Assembly: GCA_964016885.1 (NCBI GenBank)
Contig: OZ024742.1
Span: 372,868,001-372,932,000, forward strand
Direction: 5' to 3'
DNA: 64,000 nt
Origin: Eledone cirrhosa
Lineage: Eukaryota
Part shown: positions 14,801-29,850 of the stretch, piece after piece
Position numbering within the stretch: the stretch's first letter is position 1
Layout: each line of letters opens with the position of its first letter
Program-made: the position numbers and the translations under genes
The notes under the pieces: model-generated
What the model was told of the DNA's origin: nothing
Seen by the model: only the letters and a program-made list of their open reading frames with translations
Database searches by the model: none

Positions 14801-16460
14801 TCATTTCATATAAACTGCGAATCTCATTCTATATAAACTGTATATCTCATTCTATATAAACTGTAAATCTCATTCGATAAACTGTAAATCTCTTTTTATA
14901 TAAACTGTAAATCTCATTCTATATAAACTGTAAATCTCATTCTATATAAAATGTAAATCTCATTCTATAAACTGTAAATCTCTTTCTATATAAACTGTAA
15001 ATCTCATTCTATATAAACTGTAAATCTCTTTCTATATAAACTGTAAATTTCATTCTATAAACTCTAAATCTCTTTCTATATAAACTGTAAATCTCATTCT
15101 ATATAAACTGTAAATCTCTTTCTATATAAACTGTAAATCTCATTCTATATAAACTGAATCTCATTCTATATAAACTGTAAATCTCTTTCTATATAAACTG
15201 TAAATCTCATTCTATATAAACTGTAAATCTCATTCTATAAACTGTAAATCTCTTTCTATATAAACTGTAAATCTCATTCTATATAAGCTGTAAATCTCAT
15301 TCTATTAACTGTAAATCTCATTCTATATAAACTGTAAATCTCATTCTATATAAACTGTATATATCATTCTATAAACTGTAAATCTCAGTCTATAAACTGT
15401 AAATCTCAGTCTATAAACTGTAAATCTCTTTCTATATATACTGTAAAACTCTTTCTATATAAACTATAAATTTCATTCTATAAACTCTAAATCTCTTTCT
15501 ATATAAACTGTAATTCTCATTCTATATAAACTGTAAATCTCTTTCTATATAAACTGTAAATCTCATTCTATATAAACTGTAAATCTCTTTCAATATAAAC
15601 TGTAAATCTCATTCTATATAAACTGTGAATCTCATTCTATATAAACTGTAAATCTCATTCTATAAACTGTAAATCTCTTTCTATATAAACTGTAAATCTC
15701 ATTCTATATAAGCTGTAAATCTCATTCTATTAACTATAAATCTCTTTCTATATAAACTGTAAATCTCATTCTATATAAACTGTATATATCATTCTATAAA
15801 GTGTAAATCTCAGTCTATAAACTGTAAATCTCTTTCTATATAAACTGTAAATCTCTTTCTATATGAACTGTAATTCTCTTTCTATATAAACTGTAAATTT
15901 CATTCTATAAACTCTAAATCTCTTTCTATATAAACTGTAAATCTCATTCTATATAAACTGTAAATCTCTTTCTATATAAACTGTAAATCTCATTCTATAT
16001 AAACTGTAAATCTCTTTCTATATAAACTGTAAATCTCATTCTATATAAACTGTGAATCTCATTCTATATAAACTGTAAATCTCATTCTATAAACTGTAAA
16101 TCTCTTTCTATATAAACTGTAAATCTCATTCTATATAAGCTGTAAATCTCATTCTATGAACTGTAAATCTCTTTCTATATAAACTGTAAATCTCATTCTA
16201 CATAAACTGTAAATCTCATTCTATAAACTGTAAATCTCATTCTATATAAACTGTAAATCTCATTCTATATAAACTGTAAATCTCTTTCTATATAAACTGT
16301 AAATTTCATTCTATAAACTGTAAATCTCTTTCTATATAAACTGTAAACCTCATTCTATATAAACTGTAAACCTCATTCTATATAAACTGTAAATCTCATT
16401 CTATAAACTGTAAATCTCTTTCTATATAAACTGTAAATCTCTTTCTATATGAACTGTAAA
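7745..16460. repeat. Three near-identical tandem copies of an approximately 2.88-2.90-kb higher-order unit
   Basis: aaacggt at 8651/11529/14430; the private word gtaaaactc...aaactataaattt at 9664/12565/15443. Offsets are 2878 and 2901 (one extra monomer in the middle copy). Confidence 0.93.
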
Positions 16461-19400
16461 TTTCTTTCTATATAAACTGTAAATCTCATTCTATATAAGC
16501 TGTAAATCTCATTCTATGAACTGTTAATATCTTTCTATATAAACTGTAAATCTCATTCTACATAAACTGTAAATCTCATTCTATAAACTGTAAATCTCTT
16601 TCTATATAAACTGTAAATCTCATTCTATATAAACTGTAAATCTCTTTCTATATAAACTGTAAATTTCATTCTATAAACTGTAAATCTCTTTCTATATAAA
16701 CTGTAAATCTCATTCTATATAAACTGTAAATCTCATTCTATATAAGCTGTAAATCTCATTCTATTAACTGTAAATCTCTTTCTATTTAAACTGTAAATCT
16801 CATTCTATATAAACTGTATATATCATTCTATAAACTGTAAATCTCAGTCTATAAACTGTAAATCTCTTTCTCTATAAACTGTAAATCTCTTTCTATATGA
16901 ACTGTAAATCTCTTTCTATATAAACTGTAAATCTCATTCTATGTAAGCTGTAAATCTCATTCTATGAACTGTAAATCTCTTTCTAGATAAACTGTAAATC
17001 TCATTCTATATAAACTGTAAATCTCATTCTATGAACTGTAAATCTCTTTCTATATAAACTGTAAATCTCATTCTATATAAACTGTAAATTTCATTCTATA
17101 AACTGTAAATCTCTTTCTATATAAACTGTAAATCTCATTCTATATAAACTGTAAATCTCTTTCTATATAAACTGTAAATCTCATTCTATATAAACTGTGA
17201 ATCTCATTCTATAAACTGTAAATCTCTTTCTATATAAATTGTAAATATCATTCTATATACACTGTAAATCTCTTTCCATATAAACTGTAAATCCCATTCT
17301 ATATAAACTGTATATATCATTCTATAAACTGTAAATCACATTCTATAAACTGTAAATCTCTTTCTATATAAACTGTAAATCTCATTCTATATAAACTGTA
17401 AATCTCTTTCTATATGAACTGTAAATCTCATTCTATATAACTTGTAAATCTCATTCTATAAACTGTGAATCTCATTCTATATAAACTGTAAGTCTCATTC
17501 TATAAACTGCAAATCTCATTCTATAAACTGTAAATCTCTTTCTGTATAAACTGTAAATCTCATTCTATATAAACTGTAAATCTCTTTCTATATAAACTGT
17601 AAATTTCATTCTATAAACTGTAAATCTCATTCTATATACACTGTAAATCTCTTTCTATATAAACTGTAAATCTCTTTCTATATAAACTGTAAATCTCATT
17701 CTATAAACTGTAAATCCCTTTCCATATAAACTGTAAATCTCATTCTATATAAGCTGTAAATCTCATTCTATAAACTGTACATCTCTTTCTATATAAACTG
17801 TAAATCCCATTCTATATAAACTGTATATATCATTCTATAAACTGTAAATCTCATTCTATAAACTGTAAATCTCTTTCTATATAAACTGTAAATCTCACTC
17901 TATATAAACTGTAATTCTCTTTCTATATAAACTGTAAATCTCGTTCTATATAAGCTGTAAATCTCATTCTATAAACTGTAAATCTCTTTCTATATAAACT
18001 GTAAATCCCATTCTATATAAACTGTATATATCATTCTATAAACTGTAAATCTCTTTCTATATAAACTGTAAATCTCATTCTATATAAACTGTAAATCTAT
18101 TTCTATATGAACTGTAAATCTCATTCTATATAAATTGTAAATCTCATTCTATAAACTGTGAATCTCATTCTATATAAACTGTAAATCTCATTCTATAAAC
18201 TGTAAATCTCATTCTATGAACTGTAAATCTCTTTCTATATAAACTGTAAATCTCATTCTATATAAACTGTAAATCTCATTCTATAAACTGTAAATCTCTT
18301 TCTGTATAAACTGTAAATCTCATTCTATATAAACTGTAAATCTCTTTCTATATAAACTGTAAATTTCATTCTATAAACTGTAAATCTCATTCTATATAAA
18401 CTGTAAATCTCATTCTATAAACTGTAAATCTCATTCTATATAAACTGTAAATCTCTTTCTATATAACCTGTAAATCTCTTTCTATATAACCTGTAAATCT
18501 CTTTCTATATAAACTGTTAATTTCATGCTATAAACTGTAAATCTCATTCTATATAAACTGTAAATCTCTTTCTATATAACCTGTAAATCTCTTTCTATAT
18601 AACCTGTAAATCTCTTTCTATATAAACTGTAAATCTCATGCTATAGACTGTAAATCTCATTCTATATGAAGTGTAAATCTCTTTTTATATAAACAGTAAA
18701 TCTCATTCTATATAAACTGTAAATCTCATTCTATGAACTGTAAATCTCTTTCTATATAAACTGTAAATCTCATTCTATATAAAATGTAAATCTCATTCTA
18801 TAAACTGTAAATCTCTTTCTATATAAACTGTAAATCTCATTCTATATACACTGTAAATCTCTTTCTATATAAACTGTAAATTTCATTCTATAAACTCTAA
18901 ATCTCTTTCTATATAAACTGTAAATCTCATTCTATATAAACTGTAAATCTCTTTCTATATAAATGTAAATCTCATTCTATATAAACTGAATCTCATTCTA
19001 TATAAACTGTAAATCTCTTTCTATATAAACTGTAAATCTCATTCTATATAAACTGTAAATCTCATTCTATATAAACTGTAAATCTCATTCTATAAACTGT
19101 AAATCTCTTTCTATATAAACTGTAAATCTCATTCTATATAAGCTGTAAATCTCATTCTATTAACTGTAAATCTCATTCTATATAAACTGTAAATCTCATT
19201 CTATATAAACTGTATATATCATTCTATAAACTGTAAATCTCAGTCTATAAACTGTAAATCTCTTTCTATATAAACTGTAAATCTCTTTCTATATGAACTG
19301 TAAATCTCTTTCTATATAAACTGTAAATCTCATTCTATATAAGCTGTAAATCTCATTCTATGAACTGTAAATCTCTTTCTATATAAACTGTAAGTCTCAT

Positions 19401-22400
19401 TCTATATAAACTGTAAATCTCATTCTATAAACTGTAAATCTCTTTCTATATAAACTGTAAATCTCATTCTATATAAACTGTAAATCTCTTTCTATATAAA
19501 CTGTAAATTTCATTCTATAAACTGTAAATCTCTTTCTATATAAACTGTAAATCTCATTCTATATAAACTGTAAATCTCTTTCTATATAAACTGTAAATCT
19601 CATTCTATATAAACTGTAAATCTCATTCTATAAACTGTAAATCTCTTTCTATATAAACTGTAAATCTCATTCTATATAAGCTGTAAATCTTATTCTATTA
19701 ACTGTAAATCTCTTTCTATATAAACTGTAAATCTCATTCTATATAAACTCTATATATCATTCTATAAACTGTAAATCTCAGTCTATAAACTGTAAATCTC
19801 TTTCTATATAAACTGTAAATCTCTTTCTATATGAACTGTAAATCTCTTTCTATATAAACTGTAAATCTCATTCTATGTAAGCTGTAAATCTCATTCTATG
19901 AACTGGAAATCTCTTTCTATATAAACTGTAAATCTCATTCTATGTAAACTGTAAATCTCATTCTATATAAACTGTAAATCTCTTTCTATATAAACTGTAA
20001 ATCTCATTCTATATAAACTGTAAATCTCTTTCTATATAAACTGTAAATCTCATTCTATATAAACTGTAAATCCCATTCTATAAACTGTAAATCTCTTTCT
20101 ATATAACCTGTAAATCTCTTTCTATAGAAACCGTAAATCTCATTCTATATAAACTCTGAATCTGATTCTATATAAACTGTAACTCTCATTTTATATAAAC
20201 TGTGAATCTCATTCTATATAAACTGTATATCTCATTCTATATAAACTGTAAATCTCATTCGATAAACTGTAAATCTCTTTTTATATAAAATGTAAATCTC
20301 ATTCTATAAACTGTAAATCTCTTTCTATATAAACTGTAAATCTCATTCTATATAAACTGTAAATCTCTTTCTATATAAACTGTAAATCTCATTCTATATA
20401 AACTGAATCTCATTCTATATAAACTGTAAATCTCATTCTATAAACTCTAAATCTCTTTCTATATAAACTGTAAATCTCATTCTATATAAACTGTAAATCT
20501 CTTTCTATATAAACTGTAAATCTCATTCTATATAAACTGAATCTCATTCTATATAAACTGTAAATCTCTTTCTATATAAACTGTAAATCTCATTCTATAT
20601 AAACTGTAAATCTCAAACTATATAAACTGTAAATCTCATTCTATAAACTGTAAATCTCTTTCTATATAAACTGTAAATCTCATTCTATATAAGCTGTAAA
20701 TCTCATTCTATTAACTGTAAATCTCATTCTATATAAACTGTAAATCTCATTCTATATAAACTGTATATATCATTCTATAAACTGTAAATCTCAGTCTATA
20801 AACTGTAAATCTCAGTCTATAAACTGTAAATCTCTTTCTATATATACTGTAAATCTCTTTCTATATAAACTGTAAATTTCATTCTATAAACTCTAAATCT
20901 CTTTCTATATAAACTGTAAATCTCATTCTATATAAACTGTAAATCTCTTTCTATATAAACTGTAAGTCTCATTCTATATAAGCTGTAAATCTCATTCTAT
21001 GAACTGTAAATCTCTTTCTATATAAACTGTAAATCTCATTCTATATGAACTGTAAATCTCATTCTATAAACTGTAAATCTCTTTCTATATAAACTGTAAA
21101 TCTCATTCTATATAAACTGTAAATCTCATTCGATAAACTGTAAATCTCTTTTTATATAAACTGTAAATCTCATTCTATATAAACTGTAAATCTCATTCTA
21201 TATAAACTGTAAATCTCATGCTATAAACTGAAAATCTCATTCTATATAAACTGTAAATCTCTTTCTATATAAACTCTGAATCTGATTCTATATAAACTGT
21301 AACTCTCATTTCATATAAACTGCGAATCTCATTCTATATAAACTGTATATCTCATTCTATATAAACTGTAAATCTCATTCGATAAACTGTAAATCTCTTT
21401 TTATATAAACTGTAAATCTCATTCTATATAAACTGTAAATCTCATTCTATATAAAATGTAAATCTCAGTCTATAAACTGTAAATCTCAGTCTATAAACTG
21501 TAAATCTCTTTCTATATAAACTGTAAATCTCTTTCTATATAAACTGTAAATTTCATTCTATAAACTCTAAATCTCTTTCTATATAAACTGTAAATCTCAT
21601 TCTATATAAACTGTAAATCTCTTTCTATATAAACTGTAAATCTCATTCTATATAAGCTGTAAATCTCATTCTATGAAATGTAAATCTCTTTCTATATAAA
21701 CTGTAAATCTCATTCTATATGAACTGTAAATCTCATTCTATAAACTGTAAATCTCTTTCTATATAAACTGTAAATCTCTTTCTATATAAACTGTAAATTT
21801 CATTCTATAAACTGTAAATCTCTTTCTATATAAACTGTAAATCTCATTCTATATAAACTGTAAATCTCTTTCTATATAAACTGTAAATCTCATTCTATAT
21901 AAACTGTGAATCTCATTCTATATAAACTGTAAATCTCATTCTATAAACTGTAAATCTCTTTCTATATAAACTGTAAATCTCATTCTATATAAGCTGTAAA
22001 TCTCATTCTATTAACTGTAAATCTCTTTCTATATAAACTGTAAATCTCATTCTATATAAACTGTATATATCATTCTATAAAGTGTAAATCTCAGTCTATA
22101 AACTGTAAATCTCTTTCTATATAAACTGTAAATCTCTTTCTATATGAACTGTAATTCTCTTTCTATATAAACTGTAAATCTCATTCTATATAAGCTGTAA
22201 ATCTCATTCTATGAACTGTAAATCTATTTCTATATAAACTGTAAATCTCATTCTACATAAACTGTAAATCTCATTCTATAAACTGTAAATCTCTTTCTAT
22301 ATAAACTGTAAATCTCATTCTATATAAACTGTAAATCTCTTTCTATATAAACTGTAAATTTCATTCTATAAACTGTAAATCTCTTTCTATATAAACTGTA

Positions 22401-25400
22401 AATCTCATTCTATATAAACTGTAAATCTCATTCTATATAAGCTGTAAATCTCATTCTATTAACTGTAAATCTCTTTCTATATAAAGTGTAAATCTCATTC
22501 TATATAAACTGTATATATCATTCTATAAACTGTAAATCTCAGTCTATAAACTGTAAATCTCTTTCTCTATAAACTGTAAATCGTTTTCTATATGAACTGT
22601 AAATCTCTTTCTATATAAATTGTAAATCTCATTCTATGTAAGCTGTAAATCTCATGCTATGAACTGTAAATCTCTTTCTATATAAACTGTAAATCTCATT
22701 CTATATAAACTGTAAATCTCTTTCTATATAAACTGTAAATCTCATTCTATATAAACTGTGAATCTCATTCTATAAACTGTAAATCTCTTTCTATATAAAC
22801 TGTAAATATCATTCTATATACACTGTAAATCTCTTTCTATATAAACTGTAAATCCCATTCTATATAAACTGTATATATCATTCTATAAACTGTAAATCAC
22901 ATTCTATAAACTGTAAATCTCTTTCTATATAAACTGTAAATCTCATTCTATATAAACTGTAAATCTCTTTCTATATGAACTGTAAATCTCATTCTATATA
23001 ACTTGTAAATCTCATTCTATAAACTGTGAATCTCATTCTATATAAACTGTAAGTCTCATTCTATAAACTGCAAATCTCATTCTATGAACTGTAAATCTCT
23101 TTCTATATAAACTGTAAATCTCATTCTATATAAAATGTAAATCTCATTCTATAAACTGTAAATCTCTTTCTGTATAAACTGTAAATCTCATTCTATATAA
23201 ACTGTAAATCTCTTTCTATATAAACTGTAAATTTCATTCTATAAACTGTAAATCTCTTTCTATATAAACTGTAAATCTAATTCTATATAAACTGTAAATC
23301 TCTTTCTATATAAACTGTAAATCTCATTCTATATAAACTGTGAATCTCATTCTATAAGCTGTAAATCTCTTTCTATATAAACTGTAAATCTCATTCTATA
23401 TACACTGTAAATCTCTTTCTATATAAACTGTAAATCTCATTCTATATAAAATGTAAATCTCATTCTATAAACTGTAAATCCCTTTCCATATAAACTGTAA
23501 ATCTCATTCTATATAAGCTGTAAATCTCATTCTATAAATTGTACATCTCTTTCTATATAAACTGTAAATCCCATTCTATATAAACTGTATATATCATTCT
23601 ATAAACTGTAAATCTCATTCTATATACTGTAAATCTCTTTCTATATAAACTGTAAATCTAATTCTATATTAACTGTAAATCTGATTCTATAAACTGTAAA
23701 TCTCTTTCTATATAAACTGTAAATCTCACTCTATATAAACTGTAAATCTCTTTCTATATAAATTGTAAATCTCGTTCTATATAAGCTGTAAATCTCATTC
23801 TATAAACTGTAAATCTCTTTCTATATAAACTGTAAATCCCATTCTATATAAACTGTATATATCATTCTATAAACTGTAAATCACATTCTATAAACTGTAA
23901 ATCTCTTTCTATATAAACTGTAAATCTCATTCTATATAAACTGTAAATCTATTTCTATATGAACTGTAAATCTCATTCTATATAAATTGTAAATCTCATT
24001 CTATAAACTGTGAATCTCATTCTATATAAACTGTAAATCTCATTCTATAAACTGTAAATCTCATTCTATGAACTGTAAATCTCTTTCTATATAAACTGTA
24101 AATCTCATTCTATATAAACTGTAAATCTCATTCTATATAAACTGTAAATCTCTTTCTATATAAACTGTAAATTTCATTCTATAAACTGTAAATCTCTTTC
24201 TATATAAACTGTAAATCTCATTCTATATAAACTGTAAATCTCATTCTATATAAACTGTAAATCTCATTCTATAAACTGTAAATCTCTTTCTATATAAACT
24301 GTAAATCTCTTTCTATATGAACTGTAAATTTCTTTCTATATAAGCTGTAAATCTCATTCTATGTAAGCTGTAAATCTCATTCTATGAACTGTAAATCTCT
24401 TTCTATATAAACTGTAAATCTCATTCTATATAAACTGTAAATCTCATTCTATGAACTGTAAATCTCTTTCTATATAAACTGTAAATCTCATTCTATATAA
24501 ACTGTAAATCTCTTTCTATATAAACTGTAAATTTCATTCTATAAACTGTAAATCTCTTTCTATATAAACTGTAAATCTCATTCTATATAAACTGTAAATC
24601 TCATTCTATATAAGCTGTAAATCTCATTCTATTAACTGTAAATCTCTTTCTATATAAACTGTAAATCTCATTCTATATAAACTGTATATATCATTCTATA
24701 AACTGTAAATCTCAGTCTATAAACTGTAAATCTCTTTCTCTATAAACTGTAAATCTCTTTCTATATGAACTGTAAATCTCTTTCTATATAAACTGTAAAT
24801 CTCATTCTATGTAAGCTGTAAATCTCATTCTATGAACTGTAAATCTCTTTCTATATAAACTGTAAATCTCATTCTATATAAACTGTAAATCTCATTCTAT
24901 GAACTGTAAATCTCTTTCTATATAAACTGTAAATCTCATTCTATATAAACTGTAAATTTCATTCTATAAACTGTAAATCTCTTTCTATATAAACTGTAAA
25001 TCTCATTCTATATAAACTGTAAATCTCTTTCTATATAAACTGTAAATCTCATTCTATATAAACTGTGAATCTCATTCTATAAACTGTAAATCTCTTTCTA
25101 TATAAACTGTAAATATCATTCTATATACACTGTAAATCTCTTTCTATATAAACTGTAAATCCCATTCTATATAAACTGTATATATCATTCTATAAACTGT
25201 AAATCACATCCTATAAACTGTAAATCTCTTTCTATATAAACTGTAAATCTCATTCTATATAAACTGTAGATCTCTTTCTATATGAACTGTAAATCTCATT
25301 CTATATAACTTGTAAATCTCATTCTATAAACTGTGAATCTCATTCTATATAAACTGTAAGTCTCATTCTATAAACTGCAAATCTCATTCTATGAACTGTA

Positions 25401-25559
25401 AATCTCTTTCTATATAAACTGTAAATCTCATTCTATATAAAATGTAAATCTCATTCTATAAACTGTAAATCTCTTTCTGTATAAACTGTAAATCTCATGC
25501 TATATAAACTGTAAATCTCTTTCTATATAAACTGTAAATTTCATTCTATAAACTGTAAA

Positions 25560-26950
25560 TCTCTTTCTATATAAACTGTAAATCTAATTCTATATAAACT
25601 GTAAATCTCTTTCTATATAAACTGTAAATCTCATTCTATATAAACTGTGAATCTCATTCTATAAGCTGTAAATCTCTTTCTATATAAACTGTAAATCTCA
25701 TTCTATATACACTGTAAATCTCTTTCTATATAAACTGTAAATCTCATTCTATATAAACTGTAAATCTCATTCTATAAACTGTAAATCCCTTTCCATATAA
25801 ACTGTAAATCTCATTCTATATAAGCTGTAAATCTCATTCTATAAACTGTACATCTCTTTCTATATAAACTGTAAATCCCATTCTATATAAACTGTATATA
25901 TCATTCTATAAACTGTAAATCTCATTCTATATACTGTAAATCTCTTTCTATATAAACTGTAAATCTAATTCTATATTAACTGTAAATCTGATTCTATAAA
26001 CTGTAAATCTCTTTCTATATAAACTGTAAATCTCACTCTATATAAACTGAAAATCTCTTTCTATATAAACTGTAAATCTCGTTCTATATAAGCTGTAAAT
26101 CTCATTCTATAAACTGTAAATCTCTTTCTATATAAACTGTAAATCCCATTCTATATAAACTGTATATATCATTATATAAACTGTAAATCACATTCTATAA
26201 ACTGTAAATCTCTTTCTATATAAACTGTAACTCTCATTTTATATAAACTGTGAATCTCTTTCTATATAAACTGTAAATCTAATTCTATATAAACTGTAAA
26301 TCTCTTTCTATATAAACTGTAAATCTCATTCTATATAAACTGTGAATCTCATTCTATAAGCTGTAAATCTCTTTCTATATAAACTGTAAATCTCATTCTA
26401 TATACACTGTAAATCTCTTTCTATATAAACTGTAAATCTCATTCTATATAAACTGTAAATCTCATTCTATAAACTGTAAATCCCTTTCCATATAAACTGT
26501 AAATCTCATTCTATATAAGCTGTAAATCTCATTCTATAAACTGTACATCTCTTTCTATATAAACTGTAAATCCCATTCTATATAAACTGTATATATCATT
26601 CTATAAACTGTAAATCTCATTCTATATACTGTAAATCTCTTTCTATATAAACTGTAAATCTAATTCTATATTAACTGTAAATCTGATTCTATAAACTGTA
26701 AATCTCTTTCTATATAAACTGTAAATCTCACTCTATATAAACTGTAAATCTCTTTCTATATAAACTGTAAATCTCGTTCTATATAAGCTGTAAATCTCAT
26801 TCTATAAACTGTAAATCTCTTTCTATATAAACTGTAAATCCCATTCTATATAAACTGTATATATCATTATATAAACTGTAAATCACATTCTATAAACTGT
26901 AAATCTCTTTCTATATAAACTGTAAATCTCATTCTATATAAACTGTAAAT
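25560..26950. repeat. 695-bp tandem duplication (also present in the second 4642-bp copy, about 31720-33110)
   Basis: tctaattc 25583/26278; gtacatc 25848/26543 and 32011/32706. Confidence 0.9.
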
Positions 26951-29850
26951 CTATTTCTATATGAACTGTAAATCTCATTCTATATAAATTGTAAATCTCA
27001 TTCTATAAACTGTGAATCTCATTCTATATAAACTGTAAATCTCATTCTATAAACTGTAAATCTCATTCTATGAACTGTAAATCTCTTTCTATATAAACTG
27101 TAAATCTCATTCTATATAAACTGTAAATCTCATTCTATAGACTGTAAATCTCTTTCTGTATAAACTGTAAATCTCATTCTATATAAACTGTAAATCTCTT
27201 TCTATATAAACTGTAAATTTCATTCTATAAACTGTAAATCTCATTCTATATAAACTGTAAATCTCATTCTATAAACTGTAAATCTCATTCTATATAAACT
27301 GTAAATCTCTTTCTATATAACCTGTAAATCTCTTTCTATATAACCTGTAAATCTCTTTCTATATAAACTGTTAATCTCATGCTATAAACTGTAAATCTCA
27401 TTCTATATAAACTGTAAATCTCTTTCTATATAACCTGTAAATCTCTTTCTATATAACCTGTAAATCTCTTTCTATATAAACTGTAAATCTCATGCTATAG
27501 ACTGTAAATCTCATTCTATATGAACTGTAAATCTCTTTCTATATTAACTGTAAATCTCATTCTATATAATCTGTAAATCTCATTCGATAAACTGTAAATC
27601 TCTTTTTATATAAACAGTAAATCTCATTCTATATAAACTGTAAATCTCATTCTATGAACTGTAAATCTCTTTCTATATAAACTGTAAATCTCATTCTATA
27701 TAAAATGTAAATCTCATTCTATAAACTGTAAATCTCATTCTATATAAACTGTAAATCTCATTCTATATAAACTGTAAATCTCTTTCTATATAAACTGTAA
27801 ATTTCATTCTATAAACTCTAAATCTCTTTCTATATAAACTGTAAATCTCATTCAATATAAACTGTAAATCTCTTTCTATATAAATGTAAATCTCATTCTA
27901 TATAAACTGAATCTCATTCTATATAAACTGTAAATCTCTTTCTATATAAACTGTAAATCTCATTCTATATAAACTGTAAATCTCATTCTATATAAACCGT
28001 AAATCTCATTCTATAAACTGTAAATCTCTTTCTATATAAACTGTAAATCTCATTCTATATAAACTGTAAATCTCATTCTATTAACTGTAAATCTCATTCT
28101 ATATAAACTGTAAATCTCATTCTATATAAATTGTATATATCATTCTATAAACTGTAAATCTCAGTCTATAAACTGTAAATCTCTTTCTATATAAACTGTA
28201 AATCTCTTTCTATATGAACTGTAAATCTCTTTCTATATAAACTGTAAATCTCATTCTATATAAGCTGTAAATCTCATTCTATGAACTGTAAATCTCTTTC
28301 TATATAAACTGTAAATCTCATTCTATATAAGCTGTAAATCTCATTCTATGAACTGTAAATCCCATTCTATATAAACTGTATATATCATTATATAAACTGT
28401 AAATCACATTCTATAAACTGTAAATCTCTTTCTATATAAACTGTAAATCTCATTCTATATAAACTGTAAATCTATTTCTATATGAACTGTAAATCTCATT
28501 CTATATAAATTGTAAATCTCATTCTATAAACTGTGAATCTCATTCTATATAAACTGTAAATCTCATTCTATAAACTGTAAATCTCATTCTATGAACTGTA
28601 AATCTCTTTCTATATAAACTGTAAATCTCATTCTATATAAACTGTAAATCTCATTCTATAGACTGTAAATCTCTTTCTGTATAAACTGTAAATCTCATTC
28701 TATATAAACTGTAAATCTCTTTCTATATAAACTGTAAATTTCATTCTATAAACTGTAAATCTCATTCTATATAAACTGTAAATCTCATTCTATAAACTGT
28801 AAATCTCATTCTATATAAACTGTAAATCTCTTTCTATATAACCTGTAAATCTCTTTCTATATAACCTGTAAATCTCTTTCTATATAAACTGTTAATCTCA
28901 TGCTATAAACTGTAAATCTCATTCTATATAAACTGTAAATCTCTTTCTATATAACCTGTAAATCTCTTTCTATATAACCTGTAAATCTCTTTCTATATAA
29001 ACTGTAAATCTCATGCTATAGACTGTAAATCTCATTCTATATGAACTGTAAATCTCTTTCTATATTAACTGTAAATCTCATTCTATATAATCTGTAAATC
29101 TCATTCGATAAACTGTAAATCTCTTTTTATATAAACAGTAAATCTCATTCTATATAAACTGTAAATCTCATTCTATGAACTGTAAATCTCTTTCTATATA
29201 AACTGTAAATCTCATTCTATATAAAATGTAAATCTCATTCTATAAACTGTAAATCTCATTCTATATAAACTGTAAATCTCATTCTATATAAACTGTAAAT
29301 CTCTTTCTATATAAACTGTAAATTTCATTCTATAAACTCTAAATCTCTTTCTATATAAACTGTAAATCTCATTCAATATAAACTGTAAATCTCTTTCTAT
29401 ATAAATGTAAATCTCATTCTATATAAACTGAATCTCATTCTATATAAACTGTAAATCTCTTTCTATATAAACTGTAAATCTCATTCTATATAAACTGTAA
29501 ATCTCATTCTATATAAACCGTAAATCTCATTCTATAAACTGTAAATCTCTTTCTATATAAACTGTAAATCTCATTCTATATAAACTGTAAATCTCATTCT
29601 ATTAACTGTAAATCTCATTCTATATAAACTGTAAATCTCATTCTATATAAATTGTATATATCATTCTATAAACTGTAAATCTCAGTCTATAAACTGTAAA
29701 TCTCTTTCTATATAAACTGTAAATCTCTTTCTATATGAACTGTAAATCTCTTTCTATATAAACTGTAAATCTCATTCTATATAAGCTGTAAATCTCATTC
29801 TATGAACTGTAAATCTCTTTCTATATAAACTGTAAATCTCTTTCTATATA
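26830..29850. repeat. 1521-bp tandem duplication
   Basis: atcattatata 26865/28386; aaaccgt 27997/29518. Confidence 0.92.
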
